Below the pieces are notes generated by a model. It was given only the letters and a program-made list of their open reading frames with translations. It was not told the DNA's origin and made no database searches. A stretch of DNA of 64,000 nt from Klebsormidium nitens (taxonomy: Eukaryota; Plantae; Klebsormidiophyceae): the NCBI GenBank assembly GCA_000708835.1, contig DF237132.1, positions 93,424-157,423 on the forward strand, written 5' to 3'. Of the stretch, positions 1 to 12,800 are shown one piece after another; positions within the stretch are counted from its first letter, which is position 1; the number at the start of each line of letters is the position of its first letter. The translations under genes were made by a program, and so were the position numbers.

Positions 1-2481
1 AGGTCGGGCGTCTAAGCTGTGTTGATACATTTTTGTACCCTAATCTGGAAGAAATCGTACCGCTAGTGTAATTACAGGAAAGAGCTTCATTGAAAGAAAT
101 TCTATCGACTTGACTACCCTGCAAGAACCAGCAGTAGAATAAGGCTTCCTACAGCGCCTGGCAACGGCTCGGGGATCATGTGAAATGCAACCTAAGTGGA
201 GGAGTGTTGTTCCCCCCCTTTGGCACTGCTCCCCAGAATGCCAAGCGTTTGTCGCCATCTTGTGCCTTTCAAGCCAACTTTATATGTCGGACGCCGTCCA
301 TCTGTCCATTCTAACGGGAGACGCATCTCTTAGTCACGACCTTTCGACTCAGAGGTGCATTAGCTGATACACTTACTGAATACTCAGTCGTTGAGACAAC
401 AAGGACAGTCCCGTTGTCCTTGCGCTTATTTCAATGTAGAAATGTATCCCAAACTGTGACACGGGCGCACTCTCCTGATTGTCCTCACCTTTCACAGCAA
501 GGACGGGGGGACTGTCACTCAGGCCCTTAAACTTGAGCTTTGGCAGCGTGAAGCTCCGGTCGAGCTTGCACTTCCGCTGCGCCTCCACCGAATCCAGCGC
601 AGTTTCGATGACGAACGTTTTGAAGCGGCGGTCCGTTCGGCAGCGCTCGTATGTGGCGGAGCCGATCACGAAGTCGTGCACGTCGCACTCCTTCCCAGCT
701 GCATTACAGATGAGTTGGTTGATCTCATGGAACGTGGGGACTCACTTTACACCCCGGTCGCTTCAAGGAAGAGGGGTAGAAAGCTCTTGGCAGGGAAAAC
801 GGGTTGTTCGTCGGCAGGGGGCTGTATGCCTACTATTTTATGTCTTCGCTTTTTACAGCTGATTCACTTGCACCTCTGGTCTGTGCCGCATCAAGATGAG
901 CCTTCGGGACAGCATTTACTGGACACATCAATCGTAGAGGACAGATCACCTCTGGAAACCGAAATCTGCTTCTGCGCCGTTTCGCCCCGGCCAGGTCCAA
1001 ATTTCCTTAGCGGAATTGTCTATACTGTACCCAATCAAGGCAACTCTTCTCTCCCGCAAGACAACGGCTGCCCCTGTCACCTATCTTCACCTTCTCGATT
1101 TCTCCAAACCGTCTCACCTTTGTCTTTCTCTTTGCGCGCTGTAGACAGGCTGTACGGAATGGACCAATCGGCTCCCGTGCTGTCGGTGCGTGGAGTTGAG
1201 GTCGCCGCACCGATCTTATCCGAGTGGCAAATGTTTATGAACGCCTGAGACAAGCGACAAACACTTACTTCATACCCCGACAGAACACTTTCTCTTTGTT
1301 TGGCGCTCTGTTGAGCTTTTCAATCATATCAGATCTCATAATTAGACTGTAGTCAGTGGCTCAACAAACACGAAATCCCTCCGTATGGGCAGCAAGTCAA
1401 GGTGCAAAGTGTCATTCAGCGTGTCAGCGGTCAGTGCACAAAGAAGCTGACAGTCTGGAAGACCATCTGGCACAGGATCTAAAAGCTCTCACCTTGGCCC
1501 CTGTAATCTTGTTTTTAGTCTTGACACAGAAGCCGGCATTTGGAGCCACCAGCTCCGTGTCCTTTCCATAGACAGCCCCACCCTGGCCCTCTCTTTCCAA
1601 CTGCCGGAGGTATTTCTCGTTCTCCTGTACCACCAGCACACAAGATTTCATGCTTTTTTGGAACTAAACAATGGGGTTTGCATACTAGTTGCTTGGATCC
1701 CCAATCTCCCTGATCTTACCATGTTCACTGAACCACACTCTATCTACCTTACTGAGCAGATTGGAGAGTTAAGGACATAGGCAAGGGTAAACTATCAGCT
1801 TGTGGGATCAAGCCTGTGCTTTTCAACCACATCCTTGTCACCGCTCAGAGACTTTTGCAGCTATGAGAGGATTGCATTTTAGAAGCTGGCCAAACAATGC
1901 TTCAAAACGTGCCTTTTGAAAGACAACGTTGCTAATGTCGTCATTCTTGTAATGCACTCACCTCTCGTAGCTTGGGGTCCTCCATTTCCCTGGCATACTC
2001 ACTCAACATTTCCACAAACTTTGGGTCCTTCATAGCCTTCTCAAATCTGCCAAGCTCCTGCAACAAAAGTAGAGTAGACAAGCGTTAGCGTGCCAGCTTT
2101 GCCAGGTCAACCGAGCAATTGAGAGGTCGGCCTACCCCACTTTTGAAATGGATGAGCTACACTCAGTGAAGGGAAGATACCATTTTTGCTGCTGACATCA
2201 GAGGCACTATGGGAATTACGCAGGCAATCCTCTGCCGCACTCGGATTGCATTAGACATACTCAGCCACCCATGTGACCTCTCACAAGTAGCTCAGAAGTT
2301 CTCAATTTGAGAAGTATGTTGACAACTGAGGTAGATGTTTAAGTTTTGGGAGCAATAGAAACTCTCTTGAAGTTTTACATCAAAAGGTTGATGCCTCAGG
2401 CTTTACCTCTGTTGATAGGTCCAGGTCTTCGAGGGCGCGGCCCGCATGTTTCCTGCTGGACTCCATGCTAGCTCCCGGCAT
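1..2481 (-). CDS. DNAAF2: Kintoun / dynein axonemal assembly factor 2 (PIH1-domain protein; PF13), multi-exon. The 3' part probably runs off the left edge of the window.
   Basis: Exons spliced by hand at GT-AG sites: 2407-2466 (MESSRKHAGRALEDLDLSTE; alternative ATG at 2481), 1962-2057 (ELGRFEKAMKDPKFVEMLSEYAREMEDPKLRE), 1493-1624 (ENEKYLRQLEREGQ...PNAGFCVKTK), ~1114-1244 (AFINICHSDKI...DWSIPYSLS), ~491-698 (ECDVHDFVIGS...FVIETALDSVE...LPKLKFKG). These match the kintoun N-terminal helical region followed by the PIH1 motifs (P.PGFCVKT, FINIC, WSIPYSL). Confidence 0.85.
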
Positions 2482-3255
2482 AGCGACAGCTGGGCGCAAA
2501 GCCCGGATGCCTGCCTGTCTCGATGGCTTTATTATTCCGTCCTGTACCTCAGAAAATGTGCTCTTCCAGCTGATCAACAAAATTTCTTCTGAGCTTGGGC
2601 CATTGGAACAAGCGGTGCTGAGTGAAGGACTATGAGTCTGACTAGCTGCGCCGGTGGGTCCTTGTAGACTGCGACTTTGCAGTCAGAATTTGAAATTTGA
2701 GGAAGCGAAGCTGAGCACAGCATGCAGCCCTGGACAGTGGTCCGTGGAGGTGCACCTACAAGTAGCCTCGGCTCTGACCGTAACGGTCTAACGATCGGAC
2801 TGGATCCAGGATACCGGACTTTAACGTACACGAGTGTCTAGAAGGTCTGTACCGTCCGATGAAAAGCTCCATGCGTAACGACCGTCAGAATGAAAACGCG
2901 CGCGCAACTACCTAAATCGACGTCCACAGAGGACTCATTCGTATAAAACCTTTGAAGTCGACATCGACAACATGCGCAGAGCTAGGGGGGCCCAGCTAGG
3001 TACCAGGTATTGCGCGGGTATCGTGGTCCAGGTTGCATCGATGAGCGAGGGTAGGTAGGAAGCTAGCTGTAGGGGAACGGGTGGGGTTAAGTCAGGGGTT
3101 AAGGTGTGTACTGTCTTGAAGGAGCTAATACGATATGCGCAGATGTACCTTGAGACCTTGATTATACAGACCGGCCAATGATGATCGATGCATGCACATT
3201 GTTTCGTCGCCAGCTCTGACCAGCTTGCGTACGTCGGGTCCGACTCTATTCGATA

Positions 3256-5560
3256 TTAAGAGCTTTTGTATGCGCAGGCCCGCATGACGTCGAGATTGTG
3301 ACAGACGTACGTTGCTCGAGTCTGACTCGCTTGTCTCTTTCTCTCCATTTCAGCGGAACTTGTAAACGACGGATTGCTCCATGCACAGCATTTGCTATTT
3401 CCCCACAGCTTTGGCGTAATTGCGGATGTCGAAATAGTTCCTCTGTTAATTTTGCCATCTTCGATCATGGGATTCTGGCATGAACACTCGGATCGAGCAA
3501 ACTTGAAGAATGCGAAGTCTCGGACGCGTTTGAGATGTGTTGCGACAACCATATTTGGTGACGACGAGGTGACAACATGCACTGATTCCCTGTACTTCAA
3601 AACATGAAATAAGTATGTGCATAGCTATGTACAGCTTCTTCACATTAGAACGCCGCACAATGCAACATCAGACCTCCGATTAGCGCTGCGCTCGAAGGCA
3701 GGCTGACTTCGACAGATGATATATATCATTGAAACGCATCAGCTTGATCAGGTCTGGCCAGAAAGCTAATATAGAGTGAGTATGTGAGTATGATTGAAAC
3801 GCTCGGCTAATGTATACGAAGGGCGCGGCTTATTATCAGTTCACACCAAGGTACGCATTAAAATAGACGTTGGCCCTGGTGACTTCAACCTCGTGTGGAA
3901 AACTGGCATGGTCTTTCACTTTTTCGGATGCAATTCCGACCGCAGTTTGGATCATCTTCAAGTGGATTTCAGCCACTGTGCATCAGGATCCAGATTGCGT
4001 CGTCCAACAGGATGACAATTTCTAAAAAACGTGTTGCCACCATTGCTAGCTTATTTTGCGGGTTCGATTCATGAAGTAAGTGCCATCCTCATTTTGGCGG
4101 GTATCATCCACTGACATTGTTTCTCCGGGGGCCGCGGCCCTGCCGGCCCTGTCGGCCCCATGTCTTGTGCAAGGGCATCATAATGAGGGTATCCATCTGG
4201 ATCCTTCAAACATTCTCCCTGCTACCTAATCTTCCCCCTAATATGAAGTCGCCATAAGACCACAGATTAATTTTAGTGAGTTGCGATACTTATACTGCAG
4301 TCTTTTTGCGCTGCAGTCAATCAGCCACCGGATCTTACGTTTCTTTGTTGTCTTGCTATATTGACTGCCAAAGCCAAGGTACTACCAGGTTATTAGGAAT
4401 AGGAGTATTACAGAATTGCAGTATTGTACATATGAAGACAACGTGGAGGATCAGAACTCACTGCTGCTTGGCAGCCTTCTTTGCAGCATCCAACTGTTGC
4501 TTCTTCTCCGCAATCTCGTGGGCGAGCTGCTCTGCTTGTTCCAATTTCTGCTCAGCAAGCTCTTCGCGAAGCTGCAAAATGATTGCTTGAGTGAGCTTTT
4601 GAGTCAACAATGTGAATGACTCAATGCAATAAACAAAAAGTTCAGAATTCTGACCTGTGCAATGCTCGACTCGAAGCCAATGTATTGTGATATAACAGAC
4701 AGCATCGCCTGCATATTCGTGCATTCAGATGCCGTGACGGAGAACGGGCAGGTTGTCAATCACAATCGCAGGAAGCACCTTCCAGTGAAAGAGAGTGTCA
4801 AAGTGGCTGCCGGTGAGCAGTTTTTTGAAAGTTCCACAATGCCTACCTTAGTATCTTTCACAACTCCTTCCTGCAATCAAGAATGAATAGCATTAGCAAT
4901 CAGGTGCCAACCTAACACAAATCAAACAGCTCGCATAGTCACACCTGACAGAGCTTAAAGTCGAAAGAAATACTGCAGAAATCTTAGCTGGTCTCCACCT
5001 TGCACAGTTGGAGGATGTCCAATACGCTAAGTCCAGTGGCCTAAGTTTAGATGCCTTGATCAGCAAAAGGGAGCGCCACAACAATGTATGTGAGCAATGT
5101 GAACCAGGTTCAATGCAGTTGACATCGTCATGATTCTGCAAGGTCGATCCCTTGCGGTACCTAGGATCTGGACTGCAGTTACATCCAGGGGCAACTGAGA
5201 CCAAAGTGGATTCAAAGGAAGTCCTTGACAACTCCCGCGAGTATGCTTCGCTGAATTCACAATGCTCTGAGAGAAGCTGACCTGAGTAGAAAGCTGAGTC
5301 CAGATACTGGATTTGGACAACTGAACTGGACTTTACCAAGCCTGCGCTCAACCAAACCCTCACTATATGACATGATAGGTATGTAAAATGAAACAAAAGC
5401 ATATTCGTAAATTATGAAGTACTGAGAGATGTTTCTTGAAGGCAAGCAAATCTCAAGCAGCTTACCAGCGACTCCTCAGCTGCAGCTTTAGCTTCGTCAT
5501 GAGTGTGCTGGTGCTCTGGGTCTGCGTGATGGTGGCCAGTGCTCGCCATGACTCTGTTGG
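3256..5560 (-). CDS. Uncharacterised multi-exon gene with a coiled-coil exon (model incomplete)
   Basis: One clean exon, 4462-4571 (tttgcag|...|gtgagt), encodes LREELAEQKLEQAEQLAHEIAEKKQQLDAAKKAAKQ. Other candidate exons: ~5466-5550 (MASTGHHHADPEHQHTHDEAKAAAEESL|gtaagc), a 24-nt EGVVKDTK exon near 4850, and open frames near 3850-3980 and 3256-3600. I could not join the phases into one ORF, and both ends are uncertain. Confidence 0.35.
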
Positions 5561-6493
5561 GACTTATTCCTGGAATCAAATTGGGCTAACCAGTTTGTCT
5601 GTGGGTTCAATCAATAAAATATGGGGACTCCCTGAGAAATGACGGCGGAGTTGAAAACTTTTTGAAAGGAAGCAAGGAGCATATACATACCTGAGGCTGA
5701 CCAGTCTGCTTTCTCAAACGTGCTTCTCTTTCTGGCATCTGCTCTTTACTGCGATGCTGCTTGAAGTTGTACTATAGGGACCTAGTAGCAATGCTGGGCA
5801 AGAGCCGGGCCGGGGAATGTCTCCACAAACAACGAATTACGCTTTGCCAAGTGGATTGCCAACGTGGCAGCACCTGACGTCACGTATCCAGCTGTCAGGA
5901 CGAATCCCGTCTGGTGGTCCGTTCCTAAAACCGATGATCCAACGGTAGCGGTCAAAAGCAGCCGACCACAGTCTCATCTATCATTCGTTCCGCCTGTATC
6001 CAATCGGACGGTCTGCGTCTGCTTGGATGCAACCGGGATCCAACGATCGTAAACATCGCCACACGCAGCGACAATCTATCGACCGTCGATAAAAACCGTC
6101 CATGTAGAGCGCTTTCACCACGTTGCGTGCATGCAAAAATTGCATGCAGGCCAAGCCTTAGCCAAAGGACCCCTTCCAAGTGGCCGCCTCGCAATGGCCA
6201 GCAGCCCTTCTTCAGGATGATGTGGCTCCCAATTGCAGTTCCCCAGTGAGGGCGGAGCTCCTTTGGCATACGTTGATCGCCACGTCCCTTCATGAGCTGT
6301 CTTCTCTGCAGTGGAACTGTGGAAGGAAGCTCAAAAGCACTGCACCAAAAGCTCTTGTAATCCTTGCCGATTCCTCATTCACAGACACCAAGTTGCTTAC
6401 ACACCTCTCACCGGCAACAATCTTCGAAAAAGCTAGCTTGATCACCTTCCTTCACCGTTAGAAACCGCCCGTAGAAAGCTAAGATCAGCGAAA

Positions 6494-8604
6494 ATGGCTT
6501 CCAGCATGATGACCAGGGCCGTCTCCAGCGGCGCGGCGTTCGCCGCCGCGCCCATGGATCGCATGACGAGGCAAAGCATGACCGCACGGCCGGCATTCAT
6601 GGGGTCTGCCATCAGGGCTGTTAGGCCGGCAGGTAGGTTGTTTCATGACGTGCTGGAAAGCCAACAATATACTTTTGTAGGCTATGCTTGAGCTCGCCAA
6701 TGCAGGGGTGGCAATAACAGTCACTGCGCAGGGTTCTGCGGGACGGGCATTGCCTTGAATGAAGATGTACCATTGTCTGAGCGTGTGACACTACTTCTCA
6801 CAGCTCAGCGGTACTTGAGCAATGGCCTCAGATGGCCTCTTTGAGTTTAAGATATTGGCCTGCGGTTCTTCAAAAAACCTCCTTGACGTTGGGTTTATTG
6901 CATTTCACTGCAAGTGCCGCTGAGGTCAGGAGGAGTCCAGTCATGCCCATAACTCCTGCTCAGGGTGATGTTTGGAACCGAGAGTCAGGGACAATGACTG
7001 GCTGCGCATTGTCAAATTCTTTGAAGAACCCCAGGAATGTGCTTAATACTCAAGAGTGCAGAAGTCCTTTGTGTCTGGCACCAGCAAGACGATTGGTTGT
7101 GTCTGCAAGCACTTAATAAGGTCTTCTCTTTATTTCATGTAGTTATGTCCCGGTCAAGCCGCGGCCTGTCTGTGCGCGCGGACGCCAAGGTGCAGCCCAC
7201 AGAGAGGACTGGCGAGGCGGACCAGGGCAGCGTGCGGAGCGGTGTGAGTGGCAATGAGGCGCCCAGGGGACACATGACCACAAACGCCCCTCTTGGCCAG
7301 GGCAAGGTGCGGTTCTGTTCCTGCATTAAGTTTTGCATGCATTTTGCTTGGGTTGCCTATGTCCTGCCTGGACATTGGCAAACCACCTGCGAACTGACTG
7401 ATGTTGGCAGACTTGCTCTGATTATAGTGAGGGAACTCAAGAGCGACACGTGAATCTACTTGGAGAATGATTACGAGTGGACATACACCCCCTCTTACGG
7501 TTTACATTCTTGGAAAATGACAGTAGTCCTACGGTTTGAAATGACATTTGACTCTGGGCTGGGCTCAAAGAACCACTGCGAAGGCGACAATGTGTGGACC
7601 TTGGTGCTTTTACGCAAAATGACGAATTCAGGAAATATTCATCAAAGAGGTATGAAGCTAATGTAGTCAGATTTCAGCTTGTTACCTACTTGCATTTCTT
7701 AGTCCTTCCTCTGCAATCATTCATCACTGTGTCAGTCATTCAATTAAATCTGTTTGTACGAGGAGAAAAGCTCGCCATTGAGAGGTTGGTTTGCGCACTC
7801 AAATTCCACACACCCTCTTCATATGGCGAGATGCGTCCTTTAAGTGGTCAATATTGTGTGTGCTTGACATACCACATTCTTATGAGAACGGACTCATACT
7901 TGCAGGGCCCTGTGGGTGAGAGGATCGCTTACCTGTGCAACTCCTGCGGATATGTGTATGACCAGGAGACGCCCTGGGAGGATGTTGCTGACGACTATCA
8001 GTGCCCAGGTAAACTTCTTTGCCGTTTCTGATTGACGGTGATTTGTCATGATCGTACGAACCGTTTCTATAATGGCCAGTTGGCCAGTGAAGTATAGAGC
8101 TCTACCATCAAGTCGCAGTTGACCGACTGTCAATGCAACCCGTGCAATTTAGGGGTTCACCGTTCACCAACAATATAGGGGAACGAAATGAACGCTTGTT
8201 TACTGCACGAAAGAACATCGGATTAGATGTACAAAACACCACCTGGACTAGACAGAAACATACAGGAAGGACAGGAAGACTTTGTTATTATACATTCCCA
8301 ATAACCACACATTCAATCCTTTGCCCTGGTACTAGCTTTAGTTGCCGGTTCAAAAGTCCGGCCGACTTGATCAGACGTTTCCTGGCTTCTGTTCGGAAGA
8401 TTGTAGTATCCAATCATCTCGATTCAAAATAAATTTGAATCGATATGTCGCATTCGGAAAATATTGCGCACCTGGGAAGTTGACCTGACTTGTACTCATG
8501 AATAGCTCGTTACCTTTGCAGTTTGCTCAGCGCCCAAGGAGTCCTTCACCGTCCAAAACGCAACAGTCGGAGAGATGGAGCAGCTCGACGATGAGAAAGC
8601 GTAG
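6494..8604 (+). CDS. Rubredoxin-domain protein with an N-terminal plastid transit-peptide-like sequence
   Basis: Four exons, 6494-6632, 7143-7306, 7906-8008 and 8522-8604, join in phase at GT-AG sites. The C-terminus [36 protein letters not shown] has the two CxxC rubredoxin knuckles. The N-terminus (MASSMMTRAVSSGAAFAAAP...) is Ser/Ala/Arg-rich. Confidence 0.92.
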
Positions 8605-9810
8605 GTCTAATGAAGGACTGATAGCGTAATTGATTTTGTGTCGTGTTGAGGAAATTGTTAGCGTTGCCAAATATTGATTGTGACCTCGATCAGGAACATT
8701 TTGTTGTGGAAGCTGACGGTGTGACGGTTGTGCCGAAAGGCGGAAAACATTGTACAGCGTTGTAATCTATAGACCTAGTGTGTGCTCTTTTGAAAGGGAT
8801 AGCTAGGTTTAGTAAGCCTCGTGCACAGTGACGAGTTTGTCAAACAAGCAAACTGGACGCAACGAAGGATGGGAACTAAGCAACATCCAAACTGAAGAGA
8901 AGGTTTTTAACGGAAAATTGTGACTCGCGAATCTGCAACTTACACACGTAACGCTGCCAGAAGGATCAATTGGTGTGTGCACACTGTGCGAGAAGGAAAC
9001 AGTTCTGTCAACTCGTGTTGCAAGATATGTTTGTGTGTGGAATGACAAGTACAAACCATCGAAAATGGGAAAAACAAATTCTGACTGCTGTCGCACGTGT
9101 GCGCGCTGATTCACTCACAATTCGCCTGAAAAGTGAAGTATGAAATAAGAAATTATCATTATAGTGCATGGGGAAAGTTGAATTGTGGGGCGTACATCCT
9201 CGAATCAATGTTTACACTTGCCAAATCGCAAATTCAGCGTTATAGTTCGAAACTATGAAATTCCGACCTGTGGACTGATCGACTGAATCTTGTAGAATAT
9301 ATTGTGTGCAAGCGGATATGGCATGTGCAAATATATTACCATGTACACTTTTACTTTACATTACATTTAGTAACGAAACCTATATATTTAACATTAGGCT
9401 TCCCAATCGTACCTAGCAATTGACAGATTGACTCGTGTGATCTATGTGCGATCCGTTGGTGCAGTATTTCGTGTGAGCTAATTCTACGATCGACTTCACT
9501 GCATGCAATGATATATGACAGAGTCCTTCGATCATTACCTTTTATTACGTTTACACTTTTCCGGTGCAGTACACGGCGTTGGAATATAAGGCCGCGCGGA
9601 AGATGCGTTTTATATCACGTAAGAGTACATTTTGTCTGCATGCGGCAAAGATCGACACGAACCACTCTGGTATTGTGATATATCAATGGCCGCATATGTG
9701 AGCAGATAAGATCTTGACCTGGATCAGGAACTTTGATAGGATAACCTCAAGCAGGCTGGAAAAAAGCAACCTGCTCCGGACGATACGCTGACCATTCGCG
9801 CCACAGCAAT

Positions 9811-12800
9811 TCAAATGGTAAACGTCCCAATCTCGGCGTTGTTCCTATAAAGCGTCACCGTCCGATCCTGCTTGGGTTCCAGCCGCAGGCTCAGATCCAG
9901 CCCCTGCGTCACCGCACTCAGATACTCTATTGACGTTCTCCGACTCCGGCTCATTTCCCCAGTTCTCGCGCCCAATTTTGGCTCAAGTCCTGACGAGCCC
10001 AGACCCGGCAAAGGCGGAAGCACCACCATTTTACTGCACTGCACGAGCGTGCTGGTTCGGCGCATGTTCGCCCACCAAGCGGCGCCGAGGTTCCACCACC
10101 GCAGCGCGGAATTCGGGCGGGAATAGGCGACCACGCCCTCGCCGTCCGATGAGAAACAGACGGCCGCGATGCTGCCGTACGTGGTCGCGGCGGCGCCCTC
10201 GGCTTTGGAGAGGACGTGCGAGAGCGTGGCGTTGACGCCGTTGTGCGTCGCGGGCCCGCCGCTCGCGTCGAGGACGCGCATCTGCGGGTGGGGAAGACGG
10301 GCTGCTTAGAAGCGGCCCGACACTAGACGCGCGTCTGTACCGGACGATATTCGTAGGCGAATCTGTTGGATGATCAGAGTCCTTTGAGTCCGTTTTTAAT
10401 TCAGAATACCAGACCGGTAGAGCAGGCCATAGGCTGCATGGCCAGTCCGCACCAATCGGCTGACAAGCTAGCCGCCCAACACTCTAGACAACTTTTGCAA
10501 ACTGTCTTCCGACTTTCCCAATAGCTGTACTTGAAACGCACGACAAGTAATGCAATTGTCCCATCTTGACATTACGTTCTGGAATGCATTCTGAAGGGCT
10601 GAGTCAGCGCCATGGTCCACATCGACCCATGATCCGCAGCCATGCCGCTGAGGCAATTTTCCCATCGCGCTGCGGTCGAAACGACTCACCTTGAATGCAT
10701 TTTGAAGATCGTACACGTCGATCTTGAGCGCGTTGGCATCCCCGATGGGGTCGCCCACCGCGAGCCGCATGCTCTCCTGGTGGTAGGCGACCATGGGGTA
10801 TATTCTCACCAGCTCCAGTAGCACCTGCGGGCAGGAGCGAGAGTGCGATCATTGTGGTCCTCGCAAGAGCCGGTGGGATGTCTGCAGTTGACGTCAGTGC
10901 GGTCAGCGAAAGGGGGCGTGCAAGCGAAGGGAGCCGTGCTCGATAAGTTCACGTGCCATGCAATACCAGCGAATGCGGGTTGGAACCAGAACCGACCAGC
11001 GGACTCGCATGGTGTTCTTATCAAATTGGGGTGACAGGGACAATCGACATCCAAGCGCAAAAGAAAGACTGGCTCTTGCGAAGGTAGGAGTGCTAGAGCT
11101 GGGAGATGCGTCTCCAACGGTAACGACAGGGCTTGCAACGTAAGAGCGGGGCACTCAGCAGAAGAACCCGAAATGACAGGATGAAAAGTTGAGGGATAAG
11201 GGGAGGTGCTGGGAAGAACGTGGAGGACCACATCGAGAAGGATGAGTAGCAACGTACAGGAAAGGGGGGGAAAGGCCCCAAGAAAAGGCTCGCTTTGCGT
11301 TTTTTTCAGGAGAATGGATCAGCTTTCAGGACACGCAACCACAAGGAAACCACAGAAGAAAGAACTGAAGGATGCGGACACGAGCAGATTAAGAAGCTCT
11401 GCGCGACCGCACCTCCTGACCATGCCCAACCGCACCTCCTGACAAACGCCACCAGCACGCAGCCAGCGGACGGCTGGTTGCGCCTAACGAGGGGTGACTT
11501 GAACTGTGTATTAACTCGTGAAGCTGTCTATCACAATCTTGCTCTGACAGAGGATGCTTCCATCAGAAGGTACACTTGATGGCACTCAACGAATTTGAAG
11601 GACAAAGGATGGCAAGTAGTCGTTCCTGTACCGATCTGGAAACCAACGCGGCTTACCGCCATCGCAGTCTGGAGGCAGACTTTGCGGAGTGCGGGCAGCG
11701 CGGGATCGATGACGTGGACGACGACCGCGACGAGCTGGCTCAGGTGGGGCACGAGCACGCGCGAGTTGGCGCGCACCGCGCGGATGAGCGCCATAAGCGC
11801 GGTCAGGTGCGCGGGCGACTCGGGGGACACCGTGTCGCACTGGTGCTGCATCGGGGAAGGGGAACCGGTTAGTTGAGCGGAAGTGAGAAACAGACCTGGA
11901 CTTGTTCGATTTCCCCGTTCCCCAGATTAGTTAAGCGGGAGTTTGAGCTGATCTTGGGAAACACGGTCTTGCACTGGTGCTGCATGGGGGAAGGGGACTT
12001 AAAGTTACGGCTTCCTTAAAATCCAAAGCAAGGAGGAGTGTGCCACGAACTTGCCCGTCTGCTTCATATTGCCTTGCAATTCGTTCTGCTGTGCGTTGAG
12101 ACAGAAGCAGACCTACAAGTGCCCGAGCACAGTTTTGGATGTTAAATGCCAATGAAGGCCTATCAGCTCAAGTAGCGGTTGCAGTGCTCTCCCTAAAAGG
12201 TGACATGGTTTTGCACTAGTCGCCAAGAATAATCGACCGGGTTCTCGCTCTTATGAAAGCCCCTGTGGCTGCTTTTATCAAGCTTACTTTCGGAGAGCCG
12301 TCTAGCTTTGGTCGTGCGGGGGAAGCGGGACCGTTATCCAGAAGAGCAACATTTCTCTCTTTTCATCTCAGCTTGAGGCACAATTTGGACTCAAGGACCG
12401 GCATACGAAAGCCGCTGTGCCTTTTGCAATTCCGCAGCGCCCCGATCGACCTACATGATGATCAAGCGGACCTCACATCTTCTTCTGCGGCAATCCTCGT
12501 CAAAGCCGAGCCACAATCCAAACCTAACCCCAACTCTAAGCAACCTCAAACGCAAACTCAGGCCCAACCCCCACTTCGAGAGCGAAACTGAACCCCAATC
12601 GTAAAACTCCGAAGCCCCTTACCCTTACGACCTGCAGAAATCCCGGTAGGTCTGCCGCAGCCAGCGCCGGCAGCAAATTGCTCGCCAGACTCTCGCGCAC
12701 CACCATCGCGACGGCGGGAGAGATCCCGCCTTCTCCCGATGGGGTTTTGGGGGTTTCCGACTTCGCTTTCGCTCCGCTCAGGCGCTCCGTCATGCCAAGG

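Noticed and set aside
3078-3106. GGGGTTAA twice, resembling a piggyBac right end with a TTAA target site
   Set aside because: I found no matching TTAACCC left end, internal TIR or transposase ORF in the window.
11416-11453. 23-nt-period repeat accgcacctcctgac containing a donor-like AG|GTGCGG on the minus strand
   Set aside because: It lies mid-intron. The flanking WDR7 exons already join in phase without it, and no open exon fits.
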